Origin: a virus
Length of the DNA stretch: 64,000 bases
IMG/VR virus record: IMGVR_UViG_3300017987_000006
Span: 114,260 to 178,259 of that record
Direction: 5' to 3' (one strand)
The translations under genes were made by a program, and so were the position numbers. A model generated the notes under the pieces. It searched no databases. It was not told the origin of the DNA and saw only the letters and a program-made list of their open reading frames with translations. Of this stretch, positions 56,480 to 64,000 are shown one piece after another (position 1 is the stretch's first letter; each line of letters opens with the position of its first letter).

Positions 56480-57067
56480 ATGAAACCGCTATTCATCGTC
56501 CTGGAAGGGACAGATGGCGCTGGGAGCACGACCGCGTCGAAGCTCCTGGTCCAGACTTTGAACGACAAAGGCATCGAGTCCGTGTGGACAAAGGAGCCCT
56601 CAGACGGAACGATCGGAAGACACATCAGGAGAATCTTGAAGGGCGAGGAGATCGCAGATGAGGCGTCGATGTTTCCCATGTTCATGGCAGACCGCCACGA
56701 CCACATCGGAAATTTCATCCGCCCGGAGCTGGAACAGGGCAACACGGTGGTGTGTGATCGGTATGCCTACAGCACGTGGGTTTACCAGCAGGACAACTAC
56801 GGGATGGATGTGATTGAATTGATGCAGCGTCGCTGCCTACCGCCAAACTACACCTTCGTTCTGGAGTGTCCGGTGGAGGAGTGCATGAGGCGCATGGAGG
56901 GAAGGGACGTGATCGAGCGTTACGAGATCGAGGAGAAGCAACGGGAGTATGCCAAGCGCTACAAGCGTGTTCCTCCCATCGGATCTGAGCAGATCATTCA
57001 CCTGGACAGCTACGACTTGAACCCAGCTCAAATCGTGGACAAGATCCGCCGGGAGATCGGCTTGTGA
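56480..57067 (+). CDS. tmk: Thymidylate kinase
   Basis: VLEGTDGAGSTT P-loop, TKEP, FMADR, CDRYAYS motifs. Confidence 0.9.
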   Translation: MKPLFIVLEGTDGAGSTTASKLLVQTLNDKGIESVWTKEPSDGTIGRHIRRILKGEEIADEASMFPMFMADRHDHIGNFIRPELEQGNTVVCDRYAYSTWVYQQDNYGMDVIELMQRRCLPPNYTFVLECPVEECMRRMEGRDVIERYEIEEKQREYAKRYKRVPPIGSEQIIHLDSYDLNPAQIVDKIRREIGL

Positions 57068-57531
57068 GGGTCGGACTCATCGGGTGCGGCAAGGAGAAAT
57101 TAGATCACGCTGCACCCGCCAAGGACCTCTACGTTGGATCGTTCTTCAAGCTTTGCAAGCAGTGGATCTCCAAACCTGGTCGGGTAGACGAGTGGGCGAT
57201 CTTGAGCGCCAAGTATGGTCTGGTCCTGCCTGAGCAGGCCATCGAGCCGTACGATTGCACGCTCAACGGCGGGATGTACGCTGATTATAAAGCCCGGCAG
57301 TCGTGGGCGATCAGAACGAGCGGGGAGATAGTCAAGAGGTGGTGCGCGCAGAATACCGTGTTCATGATCTTGGCGGGGGCGAACTACCGCATGGCCGTGG
57401 AGTGGGTGCCGATGGTGGAGGATGTGATCCGGTGTTGGACCGACTGGAGGAGAGAGTCCGGCATGAGGAGGCCGCAGATGAGCATCGGCGTGATCAAGAA
57501 GTACCTCAAGAACGATGAGGGGTACTACTGA
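57064..57531 (+). CDS. DUF6884-like protein
   Basis: IGCGKEK..APAKDLY.GSFF, ILSAKYGLV, PYDCTL. Confidence 0.65.
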   Translation: MRVGLIGCGKEKLDHAAPAKDLYVGSFFKLCKQWISKPGRVDEWAILSAKYGLVLPEQAIEPYDCTLNGGMYADYKARQSWAIRTSGEIVKRWCAQNTVFMILAGANYRMAVEWVPMVEDVIRCWTDWRRESGMRRPQMSIGVIKKYLKNDEGYY

Positions 57532-58016
57532 TGGGACACGGGATACGACGCCAGCGTTGGCAGGTGCTGCCCAAGTCCGGTGCCCGAATTTGCTGCGTTC
57601 AGATCAACGATCACCAGTTCAACGACCAGGACTGGTGGAGAGAGTCTCTGCTTCTGTGGCAGGAGATCCCAGATCACTTGAGGGCGTTTAAGAAGAAGGA
57701 GTGGGATTTTGTGCTTGTGGTGCCGCTCAGTTCTGTACGAGACTGCTGGTGCGGCAACGACGGGATGCAGGCTTGGAGGTTGAAGAGGAACGGGTATGTC
57801 GTTCCAGATCGATGCCGACAGGAGGGCGGATGCCCAGAGATGTGGAACACCGAGGCGGACGTGTCCAGGAAAAAGGAACTGGAGATATCCAATCTGGAGG
57901 AGATCGAAGAATACGTGGTTCTAGATTACGGAAGAGACGTTCACAAATCCGCCTTCCCGGAGGCAAGATCCCAAAATCTACTTCCGACTTCTTGTCCGCC
58001 ATTAAGACGGCAGTGA
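57531..58016 (+). CDS. Hypothetical protein
   Basis: Start coupled to upstream stop; Trp/Cys-rich. Confidence 0.45.
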   Translation: MGHGIRRQRWQVLPKSGARICCVQINDHQFNDQDWWRESLLLWQEIPDHLRAFKKKEWDFVLVVPLSSVRDCWCGNDGMQAWRLKRNGYVVPDRCRQEGGCPEMWNTEADVSRKKELEISNLEEIEEYVVLDYGRDVHKSAFPEARSQNLLPTSCPPLRRQ

Positions 58017-58147
58017 ACACGTACAACAGGGGCCTGGAGCAGCTAAAAGGAGACAGCATGTTCGATCTTGAGCACCAGATAGATCTGGCGCGGAGCTGCG
58101 TGTTCGAGATCGATGAGGTGCTGTCCCGGTGGAGGATTTGGCGAAAG

Positions 58148-58510
58148 CTAGTACGTGATGTACAATTCAATCGATGAGCGGATAATCCTGATCAACTCAT
58201 TGCGACACATGGGCGCGCGTTTCCTTAGTATCTGATCTACTTTCTTGTCGGTCGCACATAGGTAGATGCCCGGCTCCTCGCGTGTTCTCCAGAAGTAGGA
58301 CAGGGAGATCCCGCCATGGTACTGGTCTGGTCCGTCTACGATTACGATTACCCTCCCGAACTTCTTGCGGTACCAGGCCGCCGCGATGAAGACTTCCCCG
58401 CCCGTGTTGATTTCACAGGCCAGTGTTGGCCAGGGCCCGTGACAGGTGTGCAGCCAGTTCAAACGCCCGCCTCTTGGAACGCCGTTAATCTCCTTGATCG
58501 TCGTTGGCAT
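58148..58510 (-). CDS. Hypothetical protein
   Basis: ATG 58510 overlapping upstream gene end. Confidence 0.45.
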   Translation of the reverse strand: MPTTIKEINGVPRGGRLNWLHTCHGPWPTLACEINTGGEVFIAAAWYRKKFGRVIVIVDGPDQYHGGISLSYFWRTREEPGIYLCATDKKVDQILRKRAPMCRNELIRIIRSSIELYITY

Positions 58511-58799
58511 TGAGGTGCTCCTCGATGGCGTTCTTCTCTTCGTCCGTCGCCGCCAAAAGCTCGGCGAGCTTGAGTATGCAGGCGTGGTCACCAGCAGCAG
58601 CGCCTTTGGCGATCTCTGCGGCGATCATGGACTGCGCCTCCCAGGCACGAATATCAGATCTGGAGAAGATCCCTTTTTGGTGGAGTAGGTTGATGAGCGA
58701 GACGATCTGGCCGGAGACGATGGCACCCTTTTCTAGTTCGCGTTGCTCTTCGGCTTCCATGATCTCTTGGAAGTCCTGTCTGAGCTGATCATTTTCCAC
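58485..58799 (-). CDS. Hypothetical protein (104 aa)
   Basis: GTG 58799 with AAGGAG; CGGTATAAG at 58822-58830. Confidence 0.6.
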   Translation of the reverse strand: MENDQLRQDFQEIMEAEEQRELEKGAIVSGQIVSLINLLHQKGIFSRSDIRAWEAQSMIAAEIAKGAAAGDHACILKLAELLAATDEEKNAIEEHLNANDDQGD

Positions 58800-58914
58800 G
58801 TAAACTCCTTTCGTTGAATAGCTTATACCGAATTCTCGACGATTTGTGTTGACAATAACTCTGAGTGTGATCTTCTTCGAAAGATCGCTCAAGCCAAAAA
58901 ACGGAGGTAACAGA

Positions 58915-59406
58915 ATGAATATCAAACTGACAAAGATCGAGATGAAGATTCTTGCCGCCCTGAAGGGCGGGAAGAACAACGCCCGCGGCATTTCCGCCCT
59001 CGTCTTCGGCAAGAAGGAGGAGAATATCAAGCAGGGAGAGGTAAGGGACGTGCGCAACGGCCTGCGGAAGATCGTCAACCGACGGCTGGTGGACAATGCG
59101 GAGCGGGGTATGTACGCGCTGACCGCGACCGGAAAGAAAGCCGCCAAGTCCGGAGCCGGCGTTGTCGAGGCTATCAGTAAGACCACCAAGTCCAAGTCCA
59201 AGAAGACCACCAAGTCCAAGTCCAAGGCTAAGGCCAAGACCAAGACCGCCAAGAAGGCCAAGACCGCCATCGAGGTGGTGGACAAGACCACCAGCAAGCC
59301 TGCAGCCAAGAAGGCGAATGGTAACGGGAACGGGACCGCCCGCAAGGGGATGCCGACCTTCAAGCGGCGCAACCTCTCCAAGCCCTACACGAGGCAGGGG
59401 CAGTAG
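58915..59406 (+). CDS. Winged-helix protein with Lys/Ala/Ser/Thr-rich tail (linker histone H1-like architecture)
   Basis: LTKIEMKILAAL...VRNGLRKIVNRRLV..AERGMYALT wHTH pattern, then KTTKSKSK x2, KAKAKTKTAKKAK; GGAGG RBS; TTGACA at 58849. Confidence 0.7.
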   Translation: MNIKLTKIEMKILAALKGGKNNARGISALVFGKKEENIKQGEVRDVRNGLRKIVNRRLVDNAERGMYALTATGKKAAKSGAGVVEAISKTTKSKSKKTTKSKSKAKAKTKTAKKAKTAIEVVDKTTSKPAAKKANGNGNGTARKGMPTFKRRNLSKPYTRQGQ

Positions 59407-59655
59407 ATGCCGGACTGCATCGGTCGGGCCGCCAGGGACTTCTTCCAGCTGTCGATCTACGATGCGCAGAACGATCACGTGGTGACGCTGCAGCTGAAGC
59501 GACACAGCGGAATGACCCCTGGAGATCTGGCCCAGCTCCAAAACTTCCTGTGGTGTCAGATCGGGCAGGCCATTCGAGATGATGCAGATCTCAGGCGCAG
59601 GCTGGAGATCGGTGGAGTTCGGGTGCTGTTGAACGCCCCGGAACGTGGTAACTAG
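59407..59655 (+). CDS. Hypothetical protein
   Basis: 82 aa, abuts upstream stop. Confidence 0.5.
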   Translation: MPDCIGRAARDFFQLSIYDAQNDHVVTLQLKRHSGMTPGDLAQLQNFLWCQIGQAIRDDADLRRRLEIGGVRVLLNAPERGN

Positions 59656-59663
59656 GGTGCAGT

Positions 59664-60239
59664 ATGTGGTTGGCCGTTGTGCTGAAGCTGTTCATGCCCG
59701 GGTCGGAGCAGTACGCCGCGGACATTGAAAAACAGGCCAAACGTTACAAGTTTGATCCACTCCTCGTTGCGGCTGTGGTCTTCAAAGAGTCGGGATTCAA
59801 GAAGGACTCCTGTTACAAGGGATCGCACGGGTTGATGCAAATCCAACTCCGCCCAAGATCATGTGAGGGATCGATGGCCCGGGCCATAGAGTTGGGTTTG
59901 TATCAACCGTCCAAGAACATCGAGCGTGGTGTGCGGATGATGGCGACGTGGCGCAGGTGGTGGCGCAAGTACCACAAGGACGATGGGTACCACTGGTTGC
60001 TACACTACAACCGCGGATTTGGATCGTGTCCTGATGGGAAGAAGTACTGTCCGACTGTTGAGAGAAGGCCCACTTCCGCGGGAAGCGGGTATGCAGACAG
60101 GGTGTTGAAAATATATCGCAGGCTAAAGAAGATCAGGGTCAGGCCCTCGCCGACCCGAAGGCCGGCGAGGGATTTGGGAGGCGTTGTGGACGCTACTTCT
60201 TCGCTTTCAGTTTCTCGGCGATGTCGGGGTTCTGCTTGA
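59664..60239 (+). CDS. Lytic transglycosylase (SLT domain)
   Basis: LVAAVVFKESGF (catalytic Glu), GLMQI, NIERG, HYNRG. Confidence 0.85.
   Translation: MWLAVVLKLFMPGSEQYAADIEKQAKRYKFDPLLVAAVVFKESGFKKDSCYKGSHGLMQIQLRPRSCEGSMARAIELGLYQPSKNIERGVRMMATWRRWWRKYHKDDGYHWLLHYNRGFGSCPDGKKYCPTVERRPTSAGSGYADRVLKIYRRLKKIRVRPSPTRRPARDLGGVVDATSSLSVSRRCRGSA
60144..60171 (-). terminator. c(UUCG)g hairpin downstream of minus-strand gene 60193-60684
   Basis: CCCTCGCCGGCC-TTCG-GGTCGGCGAGGG on minus strand. Confidence 0.55.
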
Positions 60240-60684
60240 TGAACTCTCGCCTGTCAAAGGCAGGCGTGAAGTACCCGTCCTCCCAGACGTCGTACTTGAC
60301 TGGTACCGACTCGCCGATCTTGAAAACGCGTCGACCTAGGTTGACCGCCTCATTCTTGGCAGTCTTGCTGATCTTCTTCGGGTCGTGCACCTCGACCGAC
60401 AAGTCGTTGATCCTGATGGATTTGCGCCGGCCGTCGATGTCGAGGAAGTGGACCACCGCCATGAGCTTGTCGGGGAAGTCGTTGATCTTTCGTTTGAGAC
60501 CGAACATGTTCACCTCCTGGGCGCGGATGCCTGCCTTATATTCCCAGGAATGCCCTACGATCTCGCATGCCTGTGCAATCGTTCCGAGGTGTTTGATCTC
60601 CTTTCCTTTGAGAACCTTGTTTCTTTCGGTGTGAACATCGTCGGTGTCGATCGCGGCCATGTGTTGCTTGTTCAAAATTGCCAC
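60193..60684 (-). CDS. Hypothetical protein
   Basis: GTG with AGGAGG; CGGTATAAG at 60742-60750. Confidence 0.65.
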   Translation of the reverse strand: MAILNKQHMAAIDTDDVHTERNKVLKGKEIKHLGTIAQACEIVGHSWEYKAGIRAQEVNMFGLKRKINDFPDKLMAVVHFLDIDGRRKSIRINDLSVEVHDPKKISKTAKNEAVNLGRRVFKIGESVPVKYDVWEDGYFTPAFDRREFIKQNPDIAEKLKAKK

Positions 60685-60779
60685 TGTGTCCTCCTTTTGC
60701 GGTGTTCAAAAACAAACTGCGTGTGATTCCGGAACATGATCCTTATACCGATCAAATTGCAGAAATTCGGAGGTGAGAA

Positions 60780-61436
60780 ATGATCACGGTCGGCATAGAT
60801 GAGGCCGGAGTAGGTACGTGGGCCGGGCCGATGATCGTGGTCGGAGCGGCTTTTCGAGAGGACACCAAGTTCCCGGAGCTCGTGCGGGACAGTAAGAAGC
60901 TGAGCTGTGACCAACGCGAGGGCCTGGTGGACGATATCTACGATCTGGCGGAGTGGGTGATCATCAAACGCTTGACGGTGGACTACCTGAACGCTGTGGA
61001 GGAGGTCTGGCCGCAGTGGGACAAGGTGGTACGAGAGATCGTCGCACAGAGTAGGGAGTGGGAGGCGGATGAGATTATTGTGGACGGCCTGCGGATGGTT
61101 GATGGGTTGGGCGGCGTCATATACGAGCCAAAGGCTGACGACACATATCCAGAAGTCTCGGCCGCGAGCGTTGTGGCCAAATACGTACAGACTTGCGCGA
61201 TGGAAGATCTCCATCGCGATTATCCGGGGTACGGATTCAATAAACACCACGGCTACGGAACGAAGGAGCACAAAGATCGACTGGAGGAGTTGGGGCCGAC
61301 AAGAGGTCACCGCATTTTCTACAAGCCGATCAAGGTCGTGGTGGACAATCTACCAGTTGAAGATCGGCACGAGTTAAGGAGGCTCGCGTTGAAGAAGATT
61401 CAGATATATACCAGCATCATCGATCACAGGAGGTAA
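60780..61436 (+). CDS. rnhB: Ribonuclease HII
   Basis: GIDEAG, DSKKL, KAD..EVSAASVVAK, GYGT..H, HR motifs. Confidence 0.92.
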   Translation: MITVGIDEAGVGTWAGPMIVVGAAFREDTKFPELVRDSKKLSCDQREGLVDDIYDLAEWVIIKRLTVDYLNAVEEVWPQWDKVVREIVAQSREWEADEIIVDGLRMVDGLGGVIYEPKADDTYPEVSAASVVAKYVQTCAMEDLHRDYPGYGFNKHHGYGTKEHKDRLEELGPTRGHRIFYKPIKVVVDNLPVEDRHELRRLALKKIQIYTSIIDHRR

Positions 61437-61440
61437 CCAG

Positions 61441-61638
61441 GTGAATGTGAAGAAAGAAGAGAAGCGTCTGGCAAAACGGGCGCGGAAGATCGGCTTTGAT
61501 GTGGTGTGGTCCCCCGTGAATCAGGCATTCTTCATCAAGGAGATGCTCCCGCACGGGATCTACAAGATCAAAGGCATCAAGAGCGACAAGCAAGGAGTCG
61601 AGGAATGCCTCGAGCAGCTCGAGACCACGTTCAACTAG
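61441..61638 (+). CDS. Small hypothetical protein
   Basis: GTG with GGAGG. Confidence 0.55.
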   Translation: MNVKKEEKRLAKRARKIGFDVVWSPVNQAFFIKEMLPHGIYKIKGIKSDKQGVEECLEQLETTFN

Positions 61639-62075
61639 AGAAGGATCGTGTCGCGTTGGCGCAGATCACTGATGAGGTGGAGGAGGAGCTCAAGAGGGAA
61701 GAGTTGGTGTGTGTAGAACGTCCACCGACGCGCCGGTGTGTGTCCTACAACAGGTATCCTCGACCGGAAACACATACGGTATGTATGGTGTGCCACGCTC
61801 CATGCTGCACGAAGATGATTGTGGTGTTGGAGCGTAGTGAGGAGGAAAAGTATCCGGTGGAGTATGTTCGCGACTACAAGAGGCCGCGAGCCCGCGCAAG
61901 GCTAAAGAGGAGATCTGACGGTTCCTGCATCTATTTCAACAAGAAAACTGCTCGGTGTGCGCGTTATGGGTCTCGGCCGCTGGCCTGCAGGCAGTTCTTT
62001 TGCGGCCGCGGTGTCCCTTTTGAGGATAGGGTCTGGTTGGACTTGGGGGGAGAACCGGAGGTGGGGGGTGGGTGA
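61605..62075 (+). CDS. YkgJ-family cysteine-cluster (Zn/Fe-S) protein
   Basis: CMVCHAPCC...CIYF...C..Y..RPLACRQFFC. Confidence 0.75.
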   Translation: MPRAARDHVQLEKDRVALAQITDEVEEELKREELVCVERPPTRRCVSYNRYPRPETHTVCMVCHAPCCTKMIVVLERSEEEKYPVEYVRDYKRPRARARLKRRSDGSCIYFNKKTARCARYGSRPLACRQFFCGRGVPFEDRVWLDLGGEPEVGGG

Positions 62076-63999
62076 TAAAGCAGAGACGATGGTCGCCGAG
62101 GTGAAGAGCATACGGTACGAGCGGGGGACGTTTCGTATTGTGAGTGTCGAGACTGAATGTATGCAGCGGGAGACGGTACTCGGTGATATCGAGGGTGTGG
62201 CGGTGGACATGGTATACGAGTTTTCTGGGCAGTGGAAAAAGCACCAGGTATACGGGAGGCAGTTTCGCGCCGTGACCGCGGTACCTGTTCGACCTACCAG
62301 CTCCTTCGGCGTACTAGATTTTTTGGAGCAGTTGCCTCAAATAGGTCCGGAGAGGTCGCTTTTGGTGATGGAGCACTTCGACAACGACTACAAAGAAGTG
62401 TTCCGGGTCATAGAAGAAGAACCAGAGAAACTCGTTGTGATCAAGGGGATTACCGCCGAGCGCGCAGCGGAGATAAAGATCCAGTTCGAAGTGCTGAAGA
62501 AGTTCAAGGACGACATCATTCTGTTGAAGGGCCTGGGGGTTACTGACCGCCAATGCCGCATCATCATTGAGCATGCGAAATTTCTTGGTAGAACCATCGA
62601 AGAGATCTTGGAGGAAGACCCGTACCAATTTGTCCGCGTACGTGGTCTGAGCTTCGGGGCGGCAGATAAGATCGCCCTGGGTTACGGGATAGACTCTGAC
62701 GATCCCAGGAGAGTGGACGCCGTGTTAGAACACGTTCTCGAGTGTGCGACAACGTCCGGACACTGCTTTTTGGATTACATTCTCCTGCGCTCGGAAACGT
62801 TGGACTACGGCATTGGTGGTGAGACAGCAGAAGAGGGGATAGAACGTCTTTGGGGTGCTGGTCGGCTGGTAGTGGAGCAGGATCACGTGTACCTTGGCAG
62901 GTTGTATAGGAGTGAGGTCGGAGTCAGTGAGGCCCTTCATCGGCTGTCCTATCAACATGACCTTGATGTGGACGAGGTCATGGAGGAGCGTGTAGAAGGT
63001 TGGGCGATCGAGCTCCACAAAGATCAACTCACTGCGGTCAGGAATGCACTGGTTAACAATGTGTCAATTATCACCGGAGGTCCTGGTACTGGGAAGACCA
63101 CGTGCTTGCGGAAGATTGTATCCGCGTTGGGCGGTATAGGCATCCGCAACAACATGGTGTTCTGCTGCGCTCCTACGGGAAAAGCAGCCATCCGAATGAA
63201 ACAGCAGTCCGGGATAGACGCTAAGACGATTCACAGGTTGCTGGAGGTAGACGCAGAGACGGGCTCGTTCGTGAAGAACGCTGAAAATCCTTTGTATTGC
63301 AGCGCGGTCATTGTGGATGAGGCATCCATGGTAGACATTGGGTTGATGGCGTCTCTCCTGAGGGCGATGAGTAGCAACACGCGGTTGATCTTGATCGGAG
63401 ACGTAGACCAGCTTCCGGCCGTCGGCCCAGGAAACGTTTTGAACGATTTGATCTCTTCCGGGAAGATTGAAACAACGCGACTGACAAAGGTGTTTAGGCA
63501 GTCCGAGCATTCTTGGATCTCCGAGAACGCCTCCGCGATCAAGAACGGAGAAATGCCAAACCTGGACGATGATGACAGCGAGGACTTCTTCTTCAAGGAA
63601 TGTAACTCGGCCGCGGATATACCGGACGTCATGGTGGATTTGGTCGGCGAGCTGCGGTCTTCTGGGGTTCTGAAGGACGACATTCAGGTGTTGTGTCCGC
63701 AGAAAAAGAAAGTGATCGGCACAGAGAACTTGAACGAGTTGTTTCAGGAGACGTTTAATCCTCATGAGGACGATAAGCCGTGGTGGTACGCGGCGCAGGG
63801 GCGTATCTACTTGAGGGACAGAGTCATCCACACCATCAACAACTATCAGCTGATGGTGATGAATGGGGAGATTGGGTCTGTGCGGCTGAAGGATGGGGGA
63901 CTGGACCTTGGGTACCTACAGGTGGACTACGGAGACAGGAACGTTGATTATGATGTGCTCAACCTTTACGAACTAAGGTTGGCCTACGCCTTGACGGTG
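62068..63999 (+). CDS. recD2: RecD2-like SF1B helicase; runs off the window end
   Basis: Not in the ORF track; manual translation: GQWKKHQVYGRQF, DPYQF..GLSFGAADKIA, TGGPGTGKTT, PTGKAA, VDEASM, GDVDQLP, VFRQ, LAYALTV. Confidence 0.9.
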   Translation, partial: MGDKAETMVAEVKSIRYERGTFRIVSVETECMQRETVLGDIEGVAVDMVYEFSGQWKKHQVYGRQFRAVTAVPVRPTSSFGVLDFLEQLPQIGPERSLLVMEHFDNDYKEVFRVIEEEPEKLVVIKGITAERAAEIKIQFEVLKKFKDDIILLKGLGVTDRQCRIIIEHAKFLGRTIEEILEEDPYQFVRVRGLSFGAADKIALGYGIDSDDPRRVDAVLEHVLECATTSGHCFLDYILLRSETLDYGIGGETAEEGIERLWGAGRLVVEQDHVYLGRLYRSEVGVSEALHRLSYQHDLDVDEVMEERVEGWAIELHKDQLTAVRNALVNNVSIITGGPGTGKTTCLRKIVSALGGIGIRNNMVFCCAPTGKAAIRMKQQSGIDAKTIHRLLEVDAETGSFVKNAENPLYCSAVIVDEASMVDIGLMASLLRAMSSNTRLILIGDVDQLPAVGPGNVLNDLISSGKIETTRLTKVFRQSEHSWISENASAIKNGEMPNLDDDDSEDFFFKECNSAADIPDVMVDLVGELRSSGVLKDDIQVLCPQKKKVIGTENLNELFQETFNPHEDDKPWWYAAQGRIYLRDRVIHTINNYQLMVMNGEIGSVRLKDGGLDLGYLQVDYGDRNVDYDVLNLYELRLAYALTV

Positions 64000-64000
64000 C

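Noticed and set aside
56498-56540. Tmk P-loop GAGSTT lacking Lys as a sign of inactivation
   Set aside because: Ser/Thr at this position occurs in a known Tmk subgroup (GAGTTT) and other motifs are intact
58485-59381. 298-aa minus-strand ORF
   Set aside because: Upper part is the antisense of the Lys-rich gene; only 58485-58799 has an RBS and promoter
1-64000. tRNA genes, CRISPR arrays, integrase
   Set aside because: No cloverleaf, regularly spaced repeat-spacer array or recombinase motif found by eye; tRNAscan and CRISPR tools would confirm

Overview
A 64-kb segment of a large, GC-rich, contractile-tailed (myovirus-type) bacteriophage genome. Layout: (i) 1-7.5 kb, minus-strand replication module (primase, DnaB-like helicase, Sm/Hfq-like protein, DUF932, family-4 UDG, intein-containing SF2 helicase); (ii) 7.6-52.8 kb, mostly plus-strand virion module (portal, single-chain beta-beta' RNA polymerase, baseplate spike, terminase, prohead protease, major capsid, neck, tail sheath, tail tube and many internal proteins sharing a K-x-A / DELEKI motif); (iii) 52.9-64 kb, accessory and DNA-metabolism genes (RHH protein, lipoprotein, a bacterial-type histone, an H1-like winged-helix/Lys-rich protein, Tmk, lytic transglycosylase, RNase HII, RecD2). 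Most notable: three inteins (an atypical one in the RNAP NADFDGD active site where the junction Asn/Asp appear swapped; one in the portal with an in-frame TAG; a mini-intein in a DECH motif), a phage histone plus H1-like protein, two promoter classes (sigma70-like before plus-strand operons, GGTATAAG before non-structural genes), and a ~350-nt structured ncRNA candidate next to the terminase. No tRNA or CRISPR array was seen. All assignments come from motifs read by eye; no database search was run.
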